Source: Octopus vulgaris (taxonomy: Eukaryota). Taken from it: DNA of 64,000 nt. Below are positions 54,454 through 64,000 of this stretch, piece after piece (positions within the stretch are counted from its first letter, which is position 1; every line of letters begins with the position of its first letter). The translations under genes were made by a program, and so were the position numbers. The notes under the pieces are model-generated. The model did no database searches. It worked only from the letters and a program-made list of their open reading frames with translations, and had not been told where the DNA came from. The stretch is taken from positions 66,278,001 through 66,342,000 of the forward strand of contig OX597820.1 of the NCBI GenBank assembly GCA_951406725.2. Reading direction: 5' to 3'.

Positions 54454-54776
54454 AAAGTTGAATAAACGTGTACAGTACTAAAAAGATTTGAGGAAGAATT
54501 AATTTTAATGATAAGTTATTTTTTCATAAAAAAAACAAAAACAATATATACACATACCTAGATACATATATAGATAGATACATATATATATAATTACACG
54601 TATAAAATGTATTTGCGGATACATATATATATATGTGTGCGTGTTAGTTTCCGAAGTTATCGAACAGGAAAATCAAAGAAAAAGGAATTTCAACCAACCC
54701 ATATACCTCTACTTTTATCGAGAATTTATGGAGAACTTTCTCCTTCAATGCAACAACAATCTGTGTGCATGCACGC

Positions 54777-54835
<59 letters not shown>

Positions 54836-54994
54836 AAGAGAGAGAGGCAGAGTTATAGTGATGCAGACAGAGAAAAATAGAACTCAAATATATGGATATA
54901 TGTATATTTTTATTAATATTTAGCAAAAGTAACAGGGTGACTCGAGGTTTGGGAGTTTCGTGCATTACCCACACGCACGCATACTCATTTCTTT

Positions 54995-55096
54995 TAACAT
55001 GAACAGTAGTGACCACTGGCTTCGAAGTTTCGGCCAACTAAAGTCGTCATTGGACTGGCCGTAACTTCGAAGTTACTGTCAGTACCATTCATGTTA
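54995..55096 (+). other. ~100-nt imperfect hairpin (pre-miRNA-like or MITE-like)
   Basis: About 40-nt arms TAACATGAA...TGGCTTCGAAGTTTCGGCCA / TGGCCGTAACTTCGAAGTTACTGTCA...TTCATGTTA with a 19-nt loop. Confidence 0.75.
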
Positions 55097-55199
55097 TATA
55101 AAATAAATCTGTACTCTACCAAATGTATTGAATAGTACTTCAGTTTAATGTAAAAATATTTTTATTATAACTTAAACACACACACTCATACATATCTAC

Positions 55200-55990
<791 letters not shown>

Positions 55991-56369
55991 ATCCAATACA
56001 AACATACACGTACTCAAAGCGAAGCTAACCAGCGAACAAACTGTAACACACATACACACACACACACACAACACACACACCGATATGCATATACACGCGC
56101 ATTGCATGCGCCAACGTTCAGCGAAAAGTGTGTGCAAGTAAACTTGATAACTTTTTGATAAACTTAAAATACATACTTTTACGTCAATTGATATTTTCAT
56201 CTCGTTGTATATTCGTTTTGTTTCATTTGATACGTTATGTTTAAACGGTTTTCAAAACATCAATATAATAATATACATACATCAATTTAATCTAGTTATC
56301 TTAATAGCTATTGATTGAAGGAACGGAGGAAAAAAACAGTTTTTTCTCCATCTCTTTCTGTGCTCGAGT

Positions 56370-56603
56370 GTATGTATGTGTGTGTGTGTGCATACATACA
56401 TACATACATACATACATATGTACGTACGTATGTATACACACACACACGCGTAAATATATACATACATATATATATATATATAGATAGATAGATAGATACA
56501 ACAAAAAATATATACATATATACGAATAAAAATATATATATACACATATCTACGCACACACAACAGGCACATATATACACATGCATGTATTTGTATATAT
56601 GCA

Positions 56604-56634
<31 letters not shown>

Positions 56635-56705
56635 TATGTGCGTATATGTATCGCATGCATACATATATATATATATATATATAGCTATACACTTGTATAT
56701 GAATG

Positions 56706-56759
<54 letters not shown>

Positions 56760-56762
56760 ATA

Positions 56763-56806
<44 letters not shown>

Positions 56807-56899
56807 GAAAGTTTGTATATGCATGTAAATGCGTTTATGTAAACTATATACGTATGAGTGCGTGTGTGCGAATATATATAATATACATCTACAAACGCG

Positions 56900-56932
<33 letters not shown>

Positions 56933-57310
56933 TTGTGTACATATATATATGTGTGTGTGTGTGTGTGTGCACGTATTATAGTAAATACATGTTCATACAT
57001 ATGTATGCATAAATATATGTCTGTCTATGCGTGTGTGTATATAAATATGTATACATGTGTGTATACATCTATATAAACATCTATGTATATATGCATATAT
57101 CTACAATATAGTTATGCATGTATATGAATCTGTGTGTGTGTGTGTGTGTGTGTCTTTCCATATATATATCAACAGTTATACTGTATCGGTATATGTATGA
57201 GTTTGTGTGTGTGTGTGTGTGTGTGTATCCGTATGGTTATATTTTTATGTATGTACGTATGGAGAAGTGTGTATGCGTATATTTGTATGTACGCATGTGT
57301 CTGTGTGTGT
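56370..57310. repeat. AT/AC/TG microsatellite mosaic
   Basis: Direct observation. Confidence 0.95.
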
Positions 57311-57475
57311 ATAATCATATCTTAGATATTACATTTAAATGCATGCATGAACATTCAACGTACTCGCGCACGTTTATACGTCTATAATCTATCTTTATCT
57401 TACATACGTTTGAATAGCTTTACCTCTTCATTCTCTCTCTCTGTCTTTCTTCCTATCTATCTATCTATCTATCTG

Positions 57476-57541
<66 letters not shown>

Positions 57542-57599
57542 CTTTTGTATGTCTCTTTGTATGTATCTATCTATGTATGTGTGCATTTAACTTGATGTA

Positions 57600-57640
<41 letters not shown>

Positions 57641-58109
57641 GCGTGTATGCATGTGTGTATAGATCTTCTATTGATCTTTTCATAGCGATCTAGTACTTTC
57701 TTTCTATCAATGTTACAGTGTTGCGTATTCATTACATAATCTCTCAACTTATCATTTCTTAATAAAACCGACACACAGCGTCGTATCGAGTCTTGCTCGG
57801 GCCCGTTGAGTCCCGGTTTCGAATCGTAGTTTCACGACGTTTTAGTTTTTACTTAAGGTCATTAAATATTTTATGTCTTACTTAGAAAAAAGGCTTCGAT
57901 CAATATCCTTTTCACAAGGCTTCGGTAACTGGCAGCGATGTACAAACAAGTTATTTATTTTATTGTGCCGTTGCTGAAGGCAAGAAAATCGTGTTTTCTC
58001 TTAACGTTCGCTTATCAATCAAAACTAACTTCCGGTGTTTTCGGACCAGATCCTGCTTTAAACCAGGTTTGATTCCCAAGTATTTGCTATTTGATTCTTT
58101 TGGGGCTTC

Positions 58110-58239
58110 GGCAATTTTTCGGTATTAGTTAGTAGACGACGTCATTCACTCACGCAACGTTCCCTTATGGCATAGATTTTAAGAGGCTAAGCTGAGAAAG
58201 AGGGTGAATGACGTCGTCTACTTATACCGAAAGATTGCT
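58110..58239. mobile_element. Small MITE related to 39581-40010
   Basis: GGCAATTTTTCGGTAT..AGTAGACGACGTCATTCAC / GTGAATGACGTCGTCTACT.ATACCGAAAGATTGC inverted repeats. Confidence 0.75.
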
Positions 58240-58284
58240 AATTTCTTTGTTTTTGTAATCTCCGAGATGTTCATGACTATTTAT

Positions 58285-58675
58285 TACTTTTTTCAGTCAT
58301 AGGACTGCGGCCATGCTGGTGTACTGCTTTAAATAGGCTTAATTGAACAAATGGATCGCAATATTACAATTTTTTTAATTTAAAGCGTACTTTATTTCAT
58401 CTGCCTATTTTAGTGAATCGCTAAGTTACAAGGACGTAAACAAACCAACAAGCGGTGGGACTGGCACGCACACACACACACACAACCACACACATATAAT
58501 ACACACGACGGGCTTCCACATAGTTTCCGTCAACCCCCAAAAAATTCACTCGCTCAGTGTTGGACGAGACGGGGCTGTAGTAGAAGATACCCAAGATGCC
58601 AAGCGCATGGGATTGATCCTGAAACCACGTGGTAGCAAAGCGAGTTTCTTAACACACACGAACATGCCTGCGCCT
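58285..58675 (-). mobile_element. Diverged SINE family A
   Basis: Both halves are recognisable. Confidence 0.7.
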
Positions 58676-58742
58676 TCGATAGCAGCGTTTCTTTTTCTTT
58701 TAATAAAATCAATAAAAGTTCATCAACATTTGTATATGTATA

Positions 58743-59543
58743 AGGTGGCGAGCTGGCAGAAACGTTAGCACGCTGGACGAAATGTTCAGTGGTATTTTGT
58801 CTGCCGCTACGTTCTGAGTTCAAATTCCGACGAGGTCGACTTTGCCTTTCATCCTTTCGGGGTCTATAAATTAAGTACCAGTTATGCACTAGGGTCGATG
58901 CAATCGACTTAATCCGTTTGTCTGTCCTTGTTTGTCCACTCTATGTTTAGCCCCTTCTGGGTAGTAAAGAAATAGGTTTTTCCTCTGTCTTTAAGTTCTG
59001 AGTTCAAATTCCGCCGAGGTCGACTTTGCCTTTCATCCTTTCGGCGTTGATAAATTAAGTACCAGTTGCATACTGGGGTCGATCTAATCGACTGGCTCCC
59101 TCTCCAGAAATTTTGGGTCTTGTGCCTAGACTAGAAAAGAATATTAAGTATGATTGAGGCGGCGAGCTGGCAGAAACGTTAGCACGCCGGGCGAAATGCT
59201 TAGTGGTATTTCGTCTCTCATTACGTTCTGAGTTCAAATTCCGCCAAGGTCGACTTTGCCTTTCATCTTTTCGGGGTCGATTAAATAAGTACCGGGTACG
59301 CACTGGGGTCGATATAATCGACTTAATCCGTTTGTCTGTCCTTGTTTGTCCTCTCTGTGTTTAGCTCCTTGTGGGTAGTAAAGAAATAGGTATTTCGTCT
59401 GCCACTACGTTCTGAGTTCAGATTCCGCCGAGGTCCTCTTTGCCTTTCGATAAATTAAGTACCAATTGTGTACTGCGATCGATCTAATCAACTGACTCCC
59501 TCCCCCAAAATATCAGGCCTTATACCTAGTGTAGTAAAGAACA
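58743..59543 (+). mobile_element. Two consecutive SINE-B dimers (four units)
   Basis: Full + truncated unit pattern twice, with the same junction as 230-630. Confidence 0.9.
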
Positions 59544-59688
59544 TTTGTATGTGTTTGTAGCCTGATAGGATGTGATATGTAGAAATGATTGATTATCGAT
59601 TGCAAGAACCGCAAAAGCCATCAAGGGTGTTCGAACTGGTAGAAATAGCAACTTAAAATCTTCCTCAAATGGAAATGACACTTTAGGT

Positions 59689-59924
59689 CAGGGGTTCTCA
59701 ACTAAGGTACATCTGACTCTCGGGGACCAGACAAGATTTTGTTGCTAAAATTTATCTCCAATAAATTGTTTATATTTCTGCCATACGCCAAATATTTCAT
59801 GTTTTTATACAGTTCCTAATCATATTTAATCATAAAAACATCATAGAATCACTATGAGGGCCCACCCGTGTAAGATGGGAATCCAAGGTGTCCGTAGATA
59901 AAAGAAAAAGGGCCGGAACCGCTG
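59689..59924 (+). mobile_element. hAT-like MITE
   Basis: CAGGGGTTCTCAAC...GGAACCGCTG, 8-bp degenerate TSD CTTTAGGT/CATTAAGT. Confidence 0.75.
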
Positions 59925-60269
59925 CATTAAGTAGTGTTGTTAGTTTTCCTATAAACGTGGAATGGTCATCAGTCATATATATCTTAGATATATATGAAGC
60001 CGCTTATTGTGAGCAATTTGGAGCGGTACTTTTTCATTAACAATAACTGATTGATAACATTAAGCAGAGGACATAGCTAATACCTTGAGCGTGGTTTTTT
60101 AAGATCTACCAATTTTGATAAGAATAACCGTTTGTCACCATTGATAATAATCATTGATGTTAGTCGGCTTCCACTATCTGCATAACCAGGGCCGAGTTCG
60201 GGGCTAATGAACCCCTAACAACGATTACTACAACTTTTACTATCACCACCACCACAACTACTACTACTT

Positions 60270-60305
<36 letters not shown>

Positions 60306-60805
60306 TTAGCCAGTAAGGTATCCTCTACGTAGTCGCTAAACGTACTAGAAATAGCTGTCACATTGTCCTCACATTACATCCTTCTATTTCGCAAAAAAAA
60401 GACAGAATATGTTAGAAGGAAAAGATATGATTGGTTACGGTTGGAGCGCTTTTGATCGTAGATCCGGTTCAACAGAACTTATCTTGTACTACTACTACTA
60501 TTACCATCACCACCACCGCTATTACTAGTAATAATTAGTACTACAAGGTAGCTGTACTACTATCTATTACAAACTAGTACTTGACTTATGGTTTCTTTAT
60601 AGATTCGGGAGGAAGATTAAAAGCGAAGTCGAGATTGAAGTGATTTGAACCCATGAGCGCAGAGTATCAGAAGAAATATTCTGTTCCCAAGACATTGTAT
60701 CGAATCTGCTCTAACGATATTGCCAAGTCGTCGCCAATTACAAAACAATTGCTGAAGATTATTTGGTCATTAAGATATTGACCCAGAAGGAATAGCACAA
60801 TTTCA

Positions 60806-60849
<44 letters not shown>

Positions 60850-61059
60850 GGTAACTCTTCCTCCTTCCCTCCCTCCCACCTTTCTCTCTCGCTATCTCTC
60901 TCTCTCTCTCTCTCTCGCTATCTCTCTCCATTTTAGAAAGCCTGAAACAAACATCAATACATATAGTGATTGCCCGTTTATGGACCCCCACAGACAGAAG
61001 TTCTTGCACACACACACACGCACACTCTTTCTTTCTCTTTCTCTCACACACACACACAC

Positions 61060-61114
<55 letters not shown>

Positions 61115-61269
61115 CTTTAATCGCATTGACGCAATTGCTAATTATGAATGTGAATCTATTCAAACGTATACAGAAATACAGAAATATGTATAAATACAGA
61201 ACAGGCAATGGCGATGCAAACAGGAAGAGAGAACTCAACAAAACATAAAGTATATATTGCCAGAACAGA

Positions 61270-61376
61270 CAATGGGAGCCTGGTGCATCCCCCCCCCCCC
61301 GGCCTTATCAGCTCCGGTCCAACCGTCCGACCCATATCGTTATGGAAAACGGACGTTAAATGATGATGATGATGAT
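61270..61376 (+). mobile_element. 3' fragment of another SINE/LINE with (ATG)n tail
   Basis: AACCGTCCGACCCAT...ATGGAAAACGGACGTTAAATGATGATG tail-like end. Confidence 0.5.
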
Positions 61377-61518
61377 GGTGACGGTGATGACATATATATG
61401 AAGAGAAAGAGAGATGTATATAATTATTAATCGGTGGTGTCGTTAGGACGAAACTCTCGGCTCTTGAGTTACTCTCTTAACTTCTACCGATTGTTGAATC
61501 AAAAATATATAGCTACAA

Positions 61519-61750
61519 CAGGCGATCTGGCAGAAACGTTAGCACGCCGGACGAAATGCGTAGCCGTATTTCGTCTGTCGCTACGTTCCGAGTTCAAATA
61601 CCACCAAGGTCGACTTTGCCTTTCATCCTTTCGGGGGTCGATAAATTAAGTACCAGTTACGCACTGGGGTCGATGCAATCGACTTAATCCCTTTGTCTGT
61701 CCTTGTTTGTCCCCTCTGTGTTTATATCCCCTTGTGGGTAGTAAAGAAAT
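61519..61750 (+). mobile_element. SINE family B
   Basis: Near-consensus copy flanked by a direct repeat ATATATAGCTACAACA (TSD-like). Confidence 0.9.
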
Positions 61751-62773
61751 ATATATAGCTACAACATACACACACATACATACATGCATGATGGCTGTTC
61801 ACATACCAACGTACAAACACACACGAATACTGATTTGAGAGAGAGAAAGAAAGGGGGTGTAGAGAGTGTTGCTACATGCATTCATATATTCCCACATTTA
61901 CACACTCCTTCCTACATGTCTTTCTGCAGTTTATAACTCCATGTCACGACATTATCAAATGTATTATAAACCAATCAACACACACACACTTACACACACA
62001 CACACAGATCATGGAAATATTTTCAATTAAATGGAGAAGTGGTTTTAACACCACGTTCATCACCATTTCTTCTTCTTCTTATCATTTCTTCTTCTTCTTC
62101 GTTACTGAGTTTATTCATTGCTGTTTGCTGTAGAGCAAAAGAAAGAAAAGACCACCACCACTACCACATCATCATCACCATCATCATCATTACCACCACT
62201 GCCATCATTACCATCACCATCATCATACTCATCATCATTTATTGTTTAATATCACAGCATCAATCGTTTGCCATTATGATTGTTATCGTCATCGTCGTCG
62301 TCATTAATTTCAAAATTAATTCTACTACTACTACTATTACACCTCACCATCGCCGCCGCCGCCGCTGTTCCCTTTGTTGTTAGTTATTCAGTTATAGGAT
62401 ATAATACCGGAGATTGTCGCCTCAGGGATCAAATTTATATAACTAACTGCTAATAATCGATCCCCGATAAATTTCCTATTTGTGTCAATATCTGCATGTG
62501 CTTATCTATCTGTGTGTGTGTGTATGTCTATGTGTTGGTAAATTTGAATGCATGTACATACGTATTTATATATTCTGCATGTATATGTAGTATATGTGTG
62601 TGTGTGCACATACAATCATACACACACACACACACATAATTACACTTAGCACTTACATACACACGATAACACACACATACGTACACACATGTATGCGTGT
62701 GTGTTTTTGTGAAGTTCTGTCTCTGTTTGGTCTGATAGTCCGTCCTATATTTGGTTTTATTCTATTATTATTA

Positions 62774-62817
<44 letters not shown>

Positions 62818-62889
62818 TAACTGTAATATTTAAGCTTGGCAACGAATTGACAGAATCCTTAGAACTTCAGATATAATCGTAATAATAAT

Positions 62890-63112
62890 TGTTTCAGGTT
62901 TTGGCCCAAGGCCAGCAATTTTGGAGAAATAGTAAGTAGATTACATCGGCCCCAATGATTAACTGGTACATCGACACCTGCCTCCCAAAAGAAAAAAAAA
63001 ATTGAAAGATAAAAATCGACATCAGTGGAATTTGAACCCAGAACGTAAAGACAGACGAAATGGTGCTAAGCATTTTGCCCGGCGTGCTAACGATTCTGCC
63101 AGCTCGCCGCCT
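62890..63112 (-). mobile_element. SINE family B
   Basis: Reverse-complement match. Confidence 0.8.
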
Positions 63113-63154
63113 TCGCTATACACTAATATTGATGCTTTGTGTTATCAGTATTGG

Positions 63155-63186
<32 letters not shown>

Positions 63187-63429
63187 TTTTCTTTCCTTCT
63201 CAGAAGAAATCGGATGTACTCCAGACCTGGGTCTCCGCCATACTCGCCGTCTGTCATGACGGCTTCCTGATGTCTCCATCGGGATGTCGCGACCCTTGGC
63301 ACGGCGTTATTTATGTCCTATAAATATTTTTACGAGATATTCTGTAGCAATTTGAGGTGAATTATTTTTGTCTATAATGTTTTTACTGCCAACATTTTTG
63401 GGACATTTTGTTCGGTGTTACCATTTTCC

Positions 63430-64000
63430 AAGACGGCGAACTGGCAGAATCGTTAGCACGCCACACAGAGTGCTGTGCGGCATTTCTTCCTTGCTTTACG
63501 TTGTGAGTTCAAATTCTGCCGAGGTCGACTTAGCTTTGCATCCTTTTGGAATCGATATATTAAATGCCATTTGAGCATCGGTATCGATGTAATCGATTAT
63601 CCCCTCCCCCAATTGTTCATGCTCTGTACCTGAAACAGGAAGAAATATTTATGCAAGGCGGCGAGGTGGCAGAAGCGTTAGCACGCTGGGCGAAATACTT
63701 AGTGGTATTTTGTTTGCCGCTACGTTCTAAGTTCAAATTCCACCGAGATCGACTTTGCCTTTCATCCTTTCGGGGTCGATTAAATAAGTACCAGTTACGC
63801 ACTGGGGTCGATGTTATCGACTTAATCCCTTTGTCTGTCCTTGTTTGTCCCCTCTATGTTTAGCCCATTGTGGGCAATAAAGAAATAAGAAGCGTTAGCA
63901 CGCTGTGCGGCATTTCATTTTTGCTTTGCGTTCTGAGTTCAAATTCCGCCGGAGCTGTCTTTGCCTTTCATTCTTTCGGGGTCGATAAAAGAAGTACCAA
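63430..64000 (+). mobile_element. Array of three SINE family B units (runs off window)
   Basis: Repeated head and central modules. Confidence 0.85.

Noticed and set aside
55061-55076. loxP-like recombination site
   Set aside because: It shares only TAACTTCG/CGAAGTTA, with no 13-bp arms or 8-bp spacer and no recombinase nearby.
57775-57845. GC-rich segment that might be a ribozyme
   Set aside because: Only a short terminal stem is evident, with no recognisable catalytic core.

Overview
AT-rich, microsatellite-saturated animal DNA. It is most likely an octopus (coleoid cephalopod) genome, inferred from the tRNA-derived SINE families and the extreme (AT)n/(AC)n/(ATAC)n/(GATA)n density. No intact protein-coding gene can be supported: almost all ORFs in the track are translated microsatellites or SINEs. 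Recognisable coding remnants are all retroelement fragments: an R4/Dong-type endonuclease C-terminus, a Penelope-like (PLE) GIY-YIG domain, and RTE/RTEX 3' ends. The window also holds dozens of SINE copies of several modular families, a complete non-autonomous Helitron, hAT-, mariner- and Merlin-like MITEs, minisatellites and two old local segmental duplications. The most interesting signals are: (1) a ~250-nt element joining a tRNA-like Pol III head to a minimal hammerhead ribozyme (44463-44723, minus); (2) a second hammerhead downstream of a PLE endonuclease whose CxxC motif carries an in-frame TGA, a possible selenocysteine codon; (3) two related TA-flanked hairpins (54395-55096) sharing a core but with different self-complementary outer arms. 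Weak splice signals suggest a large minus-strand transcription unit with non-coding or micro exons, but this is unconfirmed. All folds and alignments were done by eye, and family labels A-D and H/B/X/Y/Z are my own.
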